Below are positions 23,898 through 37,389 of a stretch of DNA of 64,000 nt, piece after piece. A program made the translations under genes and the position numbers. Each line of letters begins with the position of its first letter. The stretch's first letter is position 1. The stretch is from assembly GCA_010909165.1 (NCBI GenBank), contig VJWM01000151.1, positions 310,001 through 374,000 of the forward strand. Direction: 5' to 3'. The notes below the pieces were generated by a model. That model was not told where the DNA came from. It ran no database searches and saw only the letters and a list, made by a program, of their open reading frames with translations. The stretch is from Anthoceros angustus (lineage: Eukaryota > Plantae > Anthocerotophyta).

Positions 23898-26800
23898 TCC
23901 CTTCTCTTGGTTCCTCCGCTGTAATGTACCCATCCCTGAGGCTACTGGCGACTACCGACGGCCAGCGCAAGACAATCCTGTCGTTGTAGGAAGGAGTCCG
24001 CTCCCAAGGGAATGATAGGCTTGCTTGCCGCTGCTTCGCATTTATTCTTACTTCACTTTGCGTCCATTCGCCTCAACGCACATTCATCAAGATCTAACTA
24101 CTCGCAACGCTCACCGTGACAGTCTGGCGTGGCTAAACGCTTAGGGACCTGCTCGTCTGCCTCGCTCACACGTCATTACTTGCACCTCTAGTCCGCTCTT
24201 CTCCACTCACGCCACACTCATCGCCTTAGGGAAAACGCTGGGCTACACCCGACCTCCTCCGCTGCTCGCCGGGTCTCCGTCCGGCTCTACACGCCTCCCG
24301 AGTCCCTCCGCTCACACGCCCGGCCCGCTCGACGCCGGCCGCCTCGACGAACACGGGTCCCCGCCACTCTTCCTCGCACACACCACCACACGCTAGGGTC
24401 CGCCACCGTAACCTTGACTGCCTCCGGTCCGCTGCTCGCCGGACTCAGACTCACGTTAGCAAGAAGACGCACAAGGGTCTGCAAGAAACGCGGCATCAAC
24501 ACCAAGAGAAAGATACTTTACTTAGAGCAGCCTCAGCCCTCTTATACTACGCCGAAGGTCGGCGCCTTTATTACACCCCTATTCTGAGCCGGTGGCTACC
24601 AAGACGCCCTAATCGCCGCCTACCATCCTATTTCCCTCCTATCTCCTCCGCTGCTCGCCGCCTCCACCGGTTCCGCCGGATTGGTGGTCCAATCTCCGAC
24701 AGCCATGGCACCAATCGGATGATCCGCGAGGGACCCTTCCTCTTCCCGAGTCCGGCCTCGACGAACACGGGTCCCCGCCACTCTTCCTCGCACACACAAC
24801 GCTGCTCGTCCCCAAGGTCCCTCCTAGGGCCACCGACTGCCCGCTTCCCCAGAAGCCTGAGGGGACCTCCATTTCCCGAGTCCCGACTGAGGTCCGGCCT
24901 CGACCCGAGTCAACTCGGAGTCTCGCTTCCCGAGTCCGGCCTGGGTCCGGCTTATCTTCGGGTTCGGACCTCGTGGTCCGATCTTATTACCGGGTCCGGC
25001 CCAAGCTCCGGACTTTACCCGCTGGACCTCATCGCTAGGTCCTCATCCTTCCCACCGACCTTGTCTTGGGTCGGTTTGGCTTCCTCCTTCCGCCTCCTTC
25101 AAGGCCTCCGCCTATCTTCCCGAGTGCGCCGACTTACCTCGGGATTCGTGGTATTGGCTGCCCGCCTCCTCCCGATGCTCTTCTCCCCGCTACTGCTCCA
25201 AACAGGCCACTAGAGTCCCGTCTTTGTCCCCATGCCCTTCATCCCCTTCTCGAGCCTTCCAGGTCCGCCTATTTGAAGGCTACCGAGAGGTCGCCAATGT
25301 CTTAAGGAGCTCGGCGTGGTAATAGGCAAAGTCCGAATCAACTTGTCAATTGCCTCTTCCACGGTGCCCGAGCACCCGATACTCCTTCGCCATAGGTGTT
25401 CCGTCAAGCGTCGGCTTGTTGGACCACCTCCCCGCCAGTTTGATACCGGAGCCGGTCAGATCACGCGAGGCTACAAGGGCCGCCTCCTCCTTGCCTCCTC
25501 CTCGCCTCCGCCGCTAACTCCGCCATCTCCTTGCGGTCTTCCGCCTCCGCCGCTAGCTTACGCCATAGCGCAGCCCTTCCGCTTTCTCAATCGGACCAGC
25601 AGCCTTTTCTCAAGGCCCAGCTCTCGCCTCCTCCGCTCATTCCCGCTAACTCCGCCATCTCCTCTCCAAAGTGTCGGGCAACTCGCCTGATGCGGGCCTC
25701 GCCTGTGTCCTTCTCCATTTCGCGACGCCCGCCCCTGCTCCATCGCCTTACTTCCTCCGTCGCCAACAGAGCCGGAGCCGCCTTATTTCGCTCGTGATCC
25801 GCGATCACGCCCGCAGACACCATTCCTCTCAATGGTAACTTGAGCCGCAGCCTGTGGTCTCCTTGCGGTCTTCCATCTCCGCTACCGGGCGCCCACCACG
25901 CAATCGAGACCGAGATCCTCCATCTCCTTGCTGCGGCTTCCTCCTCCTGCATGGCCGGGCCCAGACTGCCCGCCTCGCCTCCTCCGCTGCTCGCCGCCTC
26001 CACCGGCCCGATCACGCCGATAGTGATCACGACGGTCTTAGCGGCTTCCTTCCGCCTCCTTGCCGCTTTCACTGAAGCCGCCATTTGGCGCTGGTCCGGC
26101 CTGGGTCCGGCCGCCCGCCAGTCACGAGCCTTCTCCGCTTGCGCCCGGCCTCCTCGCCTCCCGATGCTCTTCTCCGCCCGCAGAGGTCTTCCGCCTGCTT
26201 GGGCCTCTCAGGCTCGCTCACCGCCACCCAAATGAAGGAATTTAGTCCGTCTGCCGATGGACCACTTCCTCCTCGGCCTCCTCGCTTCCTTCCTCGATGC
26301 GGCCGAGAGCTTCCTTCCTCCTGCCTCCTGGCCACCTCCAACCGCCTCCCGAGGAGCACCATACGCCTCGGTGGCTTCTACCTCCGGGTCTTCTCCCCAG
26401 AGACTTAAAGCATACCGTCCATGACGGTAGCCAGGACCCGCCGTGTTTCTTCCACGGCCGCCACTGGTGAGACCCCCACAAAGTCCGTAGTGGGAGCGGG
26501 CATTTCACGGTCCGCCAAGGACCTCCATACCGCAGTCCGGAGTAAGTCCGGACTGGGTTCTCCGGACCTAATCAGGACCCTTAGGTCCTGAGTGCTGAGC
26601 TCCGGAGCTTCACCCTCCTTGGCCCTCTTGGCCGCCAGTTCCTTATTTGCCCTCTTCGTCCTGGGGCTCGGAGGGGGTGAGGGGGTCCGGGAGCTAGCCC
26701 TTTTGCCCCTTCCTGTCGGGGATGACTGCCCGTGCGGCCGCCGCCATGACCTCCTCCGCCTCCCGCCGCCTCCTCCGCCCGCCTCTTGACCTCTTGCCAC

Positions 26801-28440
26801 CTGCAAGGTGGGTAAGGGCATGCACCGCCCGAGGTGCTACAGGCTGCCTTGGTTCTCGCCGAGTCCGCTTGGCCTTAGGGGTCGGCCCCCACCTCGGGCG
26901 CCAAAGAGATAGCGCCAGAGCCGGAGCCGCAACCGCCAACTCCCGCCTCCTCCTCCCGCCTCCCGCCGCTGATTGCTCCGAGGAGGCACTGTGGAGAAGG
27001 GAAGCGGGATTTCTTCCCATACTTCCTCGGGTGGTGAGGGGGTCCCTGCACGATGGAGTCCGAATCCTCCCGCCGCCCTCCTCCCGGTCCGCTTGGCCTT
27101 AGGGGTCGGCCCCCACCTCGGGCGCCTTCGCCTCCTCCTCGGCCTCCTTCCCGAGCGCCCGCCGATCTCTCCTCCTTCAGAGTTCAAATGTCCCCATACA
27201 TGGATCGTATGGGGACAACCCAGATGGCGAGGGCTTCGCCTCACCATGGCCTCGCCTCCCTGGTTGAACCGGCTAAGATAATCCTTCCCCCGCCTCTTCC
27301 CTCAACGCATGCAGAACACCAAGAATTATCACCAAGGTGATCCACCTTGGTGAGCAGTTCCAATGGACAATAATCCGGCTACTTTCTACTGTGGCTGGTC
27401 CGATATCAACCACCGCTGGTTGTCCGCTGCCTGTGCCTCAAAGATCGCCACACATCGGCCCCATCTTCCTTCGCCTTGAGGGGCCTGACCACGCCCATCT
27501 TCCTCCTTGGGCGGTTAGGCCGCCTCAGACCTCCAAGGTCCATCGCTTAGATCCTCCCGAGGTTCTTGACCGAACCTCCTTGTTGGCCGCCAACATCTTC
27601 CCGAACTCCCGACCAGAGTGACATCACAAACGCCCGCATACTGAACACATCTAAGTGCCACTCCTCGACTAATTCCCCGCCTCCACCAGGCCCAAAGTCC
27701 GGATAGCGCCGGTCACAATGTTGCGCCTACCAGTTCCATGGCTCCCGGACCTCCGCAGCCTTTTGGGTGCCATCGCCTTCTTCTCCCTCGTTGTCAGAGC
27801 CGCCGGGCGAGTCCGCCGGCACGATGCGCCTCTTCGCTCACCGCTCCAACCCCGACGGTGAGCCGCGCTGAAGATGCTCGGGCGCCAAAGAGATAGCGCC
27901 AGAGCCGGCGGAGCGCAAGAGACCGCGAATTGTCTCGAGGTCGCCGAAATGACCTCCGCCTTGAGGGGCCTGACCACGCCCATCTTCCTCCTTGGGCGGT
28001 TGTAGGCGCCTCGTCTGTAATCGCCAGAGGTCCGCATGGCTTACTCGACCTTACGCCCGCTTACTCGACCTTACGCCGCAGCTGCTGGGCGTGAATACCG
28101 CTATAACGGCCTCGCAAGGCTACGGCCCCGACCACCGCATGCCCGCCCACTGTGGCCGCCCACGTGGCGCCGCTTAGTCTGCCCTCACGACTCAACTTCT
28201 AAGTTACTTTCCCTGGCGTACTTATCATGTTTTGACCCGGAGTGGGGTCCAGACTTATCCCGGTACCGGCGTAGTCCGGAGCTCGCCATAGTGGTACCGG
28301 GGTACGTTGCCCACTCCGGAGTCCAGTCCGGAGCGCCATCCGTGCTTATTCCTCCTTTTCCGCCTTATTTTACTATTCCAACCTACCAAAAAAAACAAAA
28401 TCCCACTTAATTCCTACCCCCAAGGGAAGTCCATAGTCCA
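23898..28440. mobile_element. Further rearranged copies of the GC-rich gag-like repeat family, with many short exact internal duplications
   Basis: Exact 30-45 bp direct repeats (24341/24755, 26863/27087, 27474/27959). Homology to 16130-16560 and 21480-21612. Disrupted minus-strand coiled-coil ORFs. Confidence 0.45.
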
Positions 28441-28457
28441 CAGCTACTACGACGGGA

Positions 28458-30600
28458 ATGGAGATGGTGGCCATCACCCAGCAGCCCCGCAACCTGCTCC
28501 GGTCCAAGCCGCCGAGCCTCGACGGACCAGGAGTCCAGGGTGTCATTTCGAGGCTCCGTCACGTGTCCGTCGAGGCGTCAGGGTGTCCGTCGAGGCTCCG
28601 TCAAAATGACACCCTGGACTACGGATTCCGCTCTGAAGCAGTGAACCTTTCCCGGAACCAATTAGTGGGACAACTTCCGGGTAACATAGGCCTCAAGTCG
28701 CTTGATGTGTTGGATCTGTCATGGAACGGTCTGCAGGGCCCCATCCAGTCCGGATTGGGGGATGTGACGCACCTCGACCTGTCTAACAACCACTTGTCTG
28801 GCCCCATCCCGCAGGATATTCGTATGTCTCCCTTAGGTCCGTACGGATGGGTGGACCTGTCTGGAAATGAGCTGAATGGCAGCATTCCTGCCAGTTTGCT
28901 ATATGGACCACAGCATGTGAATCTTTCAAGAAATTGTCTAGTTGGCGAGATACCGAATGGTCCGGGAGATTCAACGTTTCGGCCTGACGTTCACGTTGAT
29001 CTGAGTGACAATCAGCTTCATGGCCCTATTCCTTCCGCTTTTTTCTTCTATCTTCGTCCGAAACAGCTGTGGCTTCAAAACAACAACTTCTCTGGTGACA
29101 ACAATTTGGTCTCCGAGGGAGGGATGCCACCTGACCTTTTCACAGGGCTGCGCAACTTGGAGCATTTCAACGCATCCAACAACAACCTATCCGGCCCCAT
29201 TCCAGGAACCTTTCCTCCCACTCTCCGAGTCTTGGACCTTAGCCACAACCATCTGACAGGACCGATACCCGGTAATCTCTTTTTTGCTTTGCTTCACTTG
29301 GAATACATCAATCTGTCCGGCAACCATCTCTCAGGACCCATTCCAGAGAACCTGACTCGCGAGGATGTCTTTAAGGCAAGCTCCTTTGCCGACAATCCGG
29401 GGCTGTGCGGCGGACCTCTGCCCGCTTGTGTCCCCCCTCAACCTCCTACGAGTCGGGTCAGTGTGCGGCTGCTTGTGGCAGTAGTGTTTGCCGCTGTCTT
29501 GATTTCTACGGGTAGTTGTTTGCTCCTGGTCTGACATGGAGAGTGTACTCGAAAAGCACCAGCAAGATGCGGACTTGATTGCCACGCTGCTCGAGAGGGA
29601 AACCGTGGCGGTGATGCCCTTCGGCAGCTCCGCAGAGCCACCTCCAACTTTTCAGAGTCGGCCCAGATCGGAGTGGGCGGCTTCGGCACGGTCTACACTG
29701 GCAAGCTCGCTGATGACACACAGGTAGCAATCAAGAAGGGCAAGCGGGAAGGCTCCCCCGAGTACAAGCAGCAGTTTCTCAACGAGGTCAGGATTCTGTC
29801 AGGAGTGAAGCACCGACACTTGGTGAAGCTGCTGGGCTGTTCCATGGAAAACAAAATTGCTCTCCTCGTCTTCGAGTTTGTCCCCAACGGCACACTGCTG
29901 GAACATCTGCAGGGGAAAAGAGAAGGATTTTCCCCGCTCACCTGGAGACAACGCCTTCTCATAGCGCTTCAGACTTCCGATGCACTGGCGTATCTTCATT
30001 CGGCTGCCGACCCTCCCATCTTCCACCGAGATGTGAAGTCTTCAAATATTCTCCTCGACGATGACCTCAATGCGAAGGTGGCAGATTTCGGCATCTCCAA
30101 GCTGGCTCCTAACAAGGCAGCCACTCATGTTTCCACAGTCGCAGTCCAAGGCACCATGGGCTACATCGACCCTGAGTACTATGTCAGCTTCCAGCTCACT
30201 CCCAAGAGCGATGTCTACAGCTTCGGCGTTGTGCTGCTGGAACTCATCTCAGCTCAGCCTGCTGTAGATTTTCAGAGAGGGTATGATGAGGCCAGCTTGG
30301 CGCACCTGGCATTTTCTGCCATGGACAGGGGAACTGGGAAGGGCTGGTCGACCCCGTGTTGGCGGACACATATAGTTTAGCCAGTGGAAGGCATCCATAG
30401 ACAGTGTGGGCGCTTTGGCTGTCCGGTGCTTGGCCCTCAGATCCCGAGATCGTCCCGACATGAGAGAGGTCCGGAAGGTGTTGCAAACCGTCTGGCTTCA
30501 CTCGGACTCGGAGGCATCGGATCATGTCTTGTTGCGATGTCCATGCTTTCCCGCAGCAAAGTTCCCACAGTTGCACCACCATATCCGCCCCTGAAATTGA
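28458..30600 (+). CDS. LRR receptor-like kinase with a WAKL-type kinase domain; frameshifted in this assembly, native N-terminus not evident
   Basis: About 9 plant LRRs (LDLSxNxLxGPIP), island 'SFADNPGLCGGPL', TM 'LLVAVVFAAVLISTGSCLLLV', and kinase 'GFGTVY..VAIKK..FLNEV..HRDVKSSNILLD..DFG..GTMGYIDPEY'. Breaks at ~29533, ~29550, ~29620 and ~30330 are short deletions relative to the paralog at 37480-38450. Confidence 0.8.
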
Positions 30601-31759
30601 GATGTCTTCTCTGCTTTCAGCATTGTAGAAGCCAGCTGCTGCCGGTAGACGCATGATGGACTGATGCATAAGAGAGCGAATATTATCAGGATGGTATGTA
30701 CTAAATGTCTCTCTCCTCTGCATAACAAGGTCTGAATCGTGCCCGTGCTGGAGGCAGGTGCTAGGTGACTAGATTGGACATCTGAACATGGGTTATTCTG
30801 TCGATATGCTTGTGAAGTATGTCAGGCCTTTTTGAGACCTTCTTTCAACCTTCGGATAACCAGGGCAAGCCCGGATACTTGTACATACTTTGCAAGATTT
30901 CCACCTGGGTAAGCTGCACGACAGTATGATCCAGTAGGCTGAAAAGCGCAATAGCTTCACTCTGTTCAAACAGTTGCATCATGTCTCATTTTGAAACTGT
31001 CAAAGGCCAACACAGTTTTCACATTTAAGATCTTTCCCAATATCGCCTGCGTTGTGTTGAAATCCCAGTTGTTGCCTTCATGCACGCATTATCTGCAGCA
31101 AATCCCAGGTAGTAGAATACAGAGAGGGAACAAAGAAAACCAGGATGGAGGTGTTGACCCCCGACAGAGGCCCATAAAGATCAAGGCACAGTGCTCCTGG
31201 GAATAGTCCTTCAAAAGGGACACAACAGGCTCTTTGAAAGGTTTCCGAGACAGAAAACAGACAGAGGGAAGACCTCCTCCGCTCCATCTTGGTCTTGCCC
31301 ATGCTCTGCCCACCGCACCTCACTCCCTTGGCCTTGCAATCCTTCTCCTCTTTCTGCCGACTTCTTGAAGTGCGTGCAAGCTGCCATCACCAGTGAACAA
31401 AACAATCAAGAACAAGTTCCAGTTGCACTCCAAGAAAATTGCCGCTGCCATCAACACAGACTCGTCTCAGCAAGCTCCGATGTAACGTTAACCACGGCTA
31501 CTCGCAGCTGGCCCTGCTCGTCCACGCTTCCTTTTGGCTCGCGCAAACCAGCCAGCAAGGCATTCACAGCTCCTGGCGGCATGGAACTTCTCCAGCCAGA
31601 GATTCTCGCTGCTGGGCTGCACCCTGCGGATTTCTTGCTTGGTGACGGTCGGTTCCTTTCAAGCTAGCCCACCCGCATCCTCCTTTCCTTCTGGCGATCT
31701 TGTGATCCTCGAATTCCCCCAGCTGTCCTCGATCCTTCGCGACCAGTGCTAGAAGATCT

Positions 31760-32110
31760 ATCACGGGACGACGACAGCCAGAGCCACGGGCGCCGCACCA
31801 GCCGCGAAGGTGCTCCAGGCAGAGGGCGGCAGAAGCACCTGCTGCGCATTCCGTATGCCCACAACCTTATCAATTCCCAGGAAGGAACCAGAGTGTGAAT
31901 CCATCCCCATCAAGACCAGACACCACACTCCAACACTGAGAATCGACTGTGCGAAACAGACTCACCTACCGCACCCTGGACGCACAAGGCCTGCTCCTGG
32001 TTTCCAGAACCTTCCATGTCAGATTGCCGTGCTGAAAAACGGATCCGGAGACGGCCTTGTTTGCTCGAACCGCAGAGCTGGGCCTGGTTGCCATGTCCGC
32101 CATAGCCGGC
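31760..32110 (-). pseudogene. Truncated duplicate of the 5' part of the ALS3/STAR2-like gene
   Basis: 31760-31870 matches 41625-41730 and 31950-32150 matches 41820-42045; the rest of the gene is absent. Confidence 0.75.
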
Positions 32111-33839
32111 CAGGTATTCGAAGCGATGAAACCATCTGATTCGACCAAACGCTTGATTACTCCATTCCTTCCTTCAAACTTTGAAACCGCCTCGTGGAAA
32201 CTTGAAAGCAACACGACGCAGTTACATACCTACAGTACTTATGTGTGTACAGTTGTCGACTTTGCATTCATCGTGGCAGTTACCTAAATGGTGGGCCCCA
32301 CCTCACCCATGGACAGGCGTCGCCAGACAACGGGCAACGCTAAGCAAAGGCTGGTAAGCGAGGGCTCAAGAAAGGCAGCTAGCATTTTAGGGCCGCAAGA
32401 AATGTAAAACAATGGTAGATCTCTCCCATCGGCAGGCAGCATATGTGTGAGGCGCCGATAGCAAGCTGAGTTTCCAAGCCTCCCCTCAAATTTGGCTTTC
32501 TTCCTCGTTGGCAAAGATATACATGTGACATGTTAAAGCAACATATATACCCCTACCCTAGATCAACAAATACAATAATTAGGGTTTTAGAATTAGTGCC
32601 CACTGACCTTTGTGGTCCTATGCAAATAAATCCTTAACAACCGGCGTGCCCGCCTGTTATGCTTGCACGAGTCCTTTCGTCTGAAAATTTCTTAATTAGG
32701 GTTTACTTTGTAGAGTTTCGAGACTAGAAACGATGAAAGTGCACAAGTCCTTCTTACGCAAAACCTCTAAAATGCATGGAGAGTGCACCACCTCTTGAGG
32801 TGACACCATACACTAGTCTTGTTTCACCGAGGCTATAATGATTTCGATAGTTGTATATATAATGTCAATCATCATAGTCATGTTCCTAGTCTCGCTACAT
32901 ACATAGGTGGTCACATTGTGATCTCATAATGTGAGCATGCTAAACTACCATGTGTGCACGAGTCCTTCTGAAATTTTTGAGAACAGTGAAGATGCACAAG
33001 TCCTTTTCTCACAAGAACTCACAAGTCCTTTTCTCACAAGAACTCTAAAAAAACAATGAAAGTTCAAGGACAAACTGCGCCACCTCTTGAGCGGACACCA
33101 TATAATAGTCTTGCTGTATACATTCCATGCCAGACTACATCTAGCAAGATCTGGAAGCTCAAGGCATAAAGCTTGCCCTACCTTTTGAACTTCAAGCAAA
33201 AAAGCATAAAGTTTGCACCACCTTTGCAACTGACACTATAACTGTCTTGGAACACCGAGGCCATGATAATCGAAAGTTATATATTATCAAAATCTCACGA
33301 GGTATGGAAGTTTTTCCGCACGAAATTACTCTAAAAGAAGATGAAAGGTCAGGGACCGAGATTGCGCCACCTCCCGAGCTGACAGCCGACGCAGAACAAT
33401 AGTGTAATTACCCACTGGCACCGAAGCTATCTTGATCTTGTGAGCCCCGGTCGGGGATCGGGGTGGCTCCAGGCCGCTGCAGGGCATCGGAATAGAGGCT
33501 TGGATACTTGTCGGAGCTGCGGAAGCAGTCGGGATGCGGTTGGCATTCCCAAATTCCCTTATCCGATTTCCATTCCATGACCATCGGAAATCGAGAAGGG
33601 AATCGGGATATGTTCGGTCTGTCACTTTTTTGGTGGCATGACAGATCTCACACTTTTGGAGACGTATGTGGAGAAAGGAAGGGGCGGAGTTTGAACCCAC
33701 TACAAGACCTAGGACAGCTTGAGAATTTCTTGGAATAAATATTTTACTGATATTCGTAACATTTTCAGTGACGAAAAATCATATCCATGTACAAGAAAAA
33801 CATACATATTCAATCAACACTTGGATTAAAGCAAAACAT

Positions 33840-34500
33840 GTAAGGTGCGTGACAGTTGGAGAGCGCAGCCAAGGCCGGGACGGCGAACTTCAAAGCACAA
33901 CGGTGGCGGTGATGAGGCTCACGAGGCCCGAGTATCGGCAGGTTTTGAGGCTCAGGAGATCGCTGATGTCCAGATTGAGCTGGATGCCCACAGCAGCCGG
34001 GTTGCCCCAAGTGTGAGACTGGCCAGTGCTGGTGGTGATTTTGATGCAGAGCAGCGGGCCTCCGTTTTCGCCCCAAATCGTGACCAACTGAACGACTTTC
34101 TCCACGGTTCCCAGCACCGTGCCGAGCACGCCGGCCACCAGTCCCTGGTTCAGCTTCAAGCTCTGCAAGACAGTCACAGGAAACGATGAGGCTGTTATGA
34201 AGTTGTCATGGCGGACAGTGAGATGGAGCCTGCTGGGGTGGGTTTGGAAATTGGTACTGACGACGTCGGCCGTGCCGAGGTTGAGGAGGCTGCAGCCGGT
34301 ACTGGGGTGGAGCGGAGATCCACGAGGGCCGTCAGCAACGAGCCGGCCGACAACAGGCTGAGATCGGCCCAGAGAAGGTCGATGCAGGCAATGCTGAGTT
34401 GGGCATTCACGTACACGTTGATCCCTGCCAGGACGGGTTCCACCAGGCCCAGCAGGCCGTCGCCATAGCTCACCTCGCCCGGGTGATGAGTGCCCCAGGT
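33840..34500 (-). CDS. Unknown protein exon(s), Leu/Val/Gly-rich, possibly with a jacalin-like C-terminal region; one frameshift
   Basis: Codon-like frames 'GEVSYGDGLLGLVEPVLAGINVYVNAQLSIACIDLL...' and '...LKLNQG..EKVVQLVTIWGENGGPLLCIKITTSTGQSHTWGNP...'. Family not firmly recognised. Confidence 0.35.
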
Positions 34501-37389
34501 TACTGTCTGGGTACTCGACAGCAGCTTCCGGTAATGGTTCTGTGCAGCATGTTAATTCACGATAGTCAATAGCCTGGAGCAGGAGTCTGTCAAAATTTAC
34601 CGTACGAGGGAATCGGTCATGTGGACGAACCTGGTTGGATGAAGCTTCAGCCACGTTTGCTACAAACGAGCCGAAAATCTGCAGGAATGTAATGCGAGCC
34701 GATTCTGTCAGCAGACTAGACCTTTGCAGCAACCACATGATACAGTGAGTAGTGCCTCACGGAAGTGTAGAACGATGGGTATTGGTCTCACAGCAAGGAT
34801 GATCAGGAGGGCGGCCGTCTTGGAAGCCATTGTTGCAGAAGTTGTGTTGTGGGACAGGCCTGGAACAGTGGAATGCTTGTATGTAGCAGGAAATGGAACA
34901 ATTTATAGTGAGGACGGGATAAGGAGCAGCTGTACACGACGATGGACCCAGGACGCACACATTTTTTAGTGTTACAAGGCTGAATGGCCAGTGTTGATAT
35001 TCCGTCCAAGCGTGAAGGAATGTCAGAAATTGGTTGGTCTACACTGGCTCCGTCCTCTTCGGCGCGTGTGGAAACATCTTGGCTGACTCCTATGGAATGT
35101 GGCATTCAGAGCTCCCCATTTTTTAAAGGCATGCTACATGTACCGTTGAGAAGTTCGGCGTTACAGCTCTTGACATCTGTGTCCAAGCTCCTCAAGGTTG
35201 TCAGACTTCCCATGTGCAGGGATCGAGACTGCGAAGTTTCGTCTTACGACATTGAAGAATGCGCGTGCTCTGACATGGGTTGGCGTTTGAGCTGTCGTCC
35301 GCAGAGTCACAGACCACGTTCTTAGGTATGTACATCCCTGGATCCTCACTTAGATCTGTATGTGTACGTAGCCCTTCGTCAAAGTATCTTTTGTCTTATT
35401 TCTATAATTATATTTTACCACTACGTTAGACCCTAGATTCCGACAGACGTACATAGTATTCAATGTAAACTAAGATCTATGGGCAGAGCTAGCAAACGGA
35501 ACTGTGATGTGTGCAAAGGAGTTTATGGATCCTGAGCTAGCAAACGGAACTGTGATGTGTGCAAACGAGATTATGGATCCTTCCTTCTCTACTCCCCACT
35601 GCCCATCCGCAAAAACCCCTGAACGCCGCTAACTGTCTGTAAAGGTACAAGGAGAGATGACCGCAAGAAACCTTTCGTGATCTAACCTACTGAGGGTGGA
35701 CAAATTAATTTGTCAGGCCACAGCCTTTCCAGCACTGGAGACAGTCGACTCCAGTTCAGCTTGCAGAGAGTTTTCGCTCGAAGCCGACGACAACTCGGAA
35801 CGGTCAGTACTTGCTTGCTCACTACTTTCTCCTTGCCGAATGCTGCCGCAAGGTTGGTCGTTGCTTGGGAGCAACAGCCCAAAGGGTCTTCCTCACTTCA
35901 TTTCCCACCATGCGTTGCCCTTCAGTAGCCATGTCATGGGCAGGAGTCAGGGAACCAGCAACTCCTGATGGCATGGCCACTGAAGGTTCAGGCCTGTTGG
36001 GGACCTGCATTCGAAGAGGATGAAGAGCGAGCAATAAGATAACTGATAACAGGATAGATGGATGATTCCCCATTCTGATGTGTACACATCCCGAAGAATA
36101 GATGTGCACAGGGAACTGCCCCAAATGACTCCAGATGGCAATGAATCAATTGTTGTCCCGTCCACCAAAAAGGACGGCATGCATGTGTGTTGCCACACAC
36201 TGATGCCAAATAGGTAGAATCCCCCTCCACGGACAGTCTGCATCTAATCAGGATAGATTTGAGCTCCCTTGCGTGGGGGCTCTTGAACATGGCATTGGGC
36301 GGCCTGGTGGTGAGTCGAAGGAGTGGATACTGCTGCTTGTGCCTCCCGCATGCTTACTGGCTTCCAAGTTCCTCATCAGCATGGACCTGCAGCTTGATGA
36401 GCTATGGTCTTGATACGCCTACTTTGGAAGGGTAGGCCTGGATCCCTCCGGCCCTGATAATAGGCTTAGGTGTTCTACCTTCTTAGGATAGAAGCCGCAC
36501 TTGTGCCATTTGAGTACAGTCTGTGGTCTTGCGGGCAATTCATTCTTTCAGCAAGGCTGTATGCGAGTCTCTTCGTCCTAACCTTCGGCCTAGGGCAAGA
36601 AGTCCTCGCGCCGATTGGAACCTGAGAATGCCGGTTCCTATGTGCTGTTGGGAACACCTATGCCAGAACCTGTATGCGGCATGATGTGGATAGATAGAGG
36701 GGGTGAGAAATTCAACAGGTGCTTGGAAGAAGTGAAACGGAAGGTGCACGATTTCATAGGTCTGACATTTTTCCAAAGCTCAGGAGCAAGAATACGAGGT
36801 TGAAGGAGTAAGGAGGCCATGTCCCTCCAAACAGCGCTGGTGCTGAGGGCAGTGTGTGAGCAGGGGAGGGGATCTGTCTTGTGTGGACATCCGGAGAAAC
36901 TGGCTTCGGCGTACGTTCTGCTGAACAGAATGGTGGGCGACTTCTATAGTTACCATGTTTTCCTATGCATGTGCAATGTACATGTTGTTCATGTGGGGAT
37001 CGGCATTAACCTCAACAGGACGGAGAAAATAGGGGAATAGCCAGGGGATCTCCGTCATGGTGTTTAATGCGCCGTCACACCGACGTGGTGTTCAAGGCTA
37101 CGTCACATTGTGACAGTGAAGCGGGCGCACGATTGGGAATGCAGGGAGAAGAAGAACATTTTGTACTAGGCGAATGTGTTGTGGGCTTCGGAACACATCC
37201 CGTGGTACTGGTCTCCTCTTTTTCACTGTTCCCGATCCAGAAAGTTTTGGCGAGTTTGACTTCGGTCTTTGTGCCGACAAATTCCTGTTGAAAGATTGCT
37301 TGTGGTTTGAACCTGTTGGCCGTGGTCCGTTCTTGTCCAAACATGAACTGTCCTGCCCGACAGATAGATGTTACATAGAAGGGTGACCC

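Noticed and set aside
28458-29534. LRR-RLP (LRR plus TM then stop) as a SOBIR1 partner
   Set aside because: The paralog reads TGG AGA TGG through this point and the kinase follows in register after small deletions; the TGA most likely arises from a lost G.
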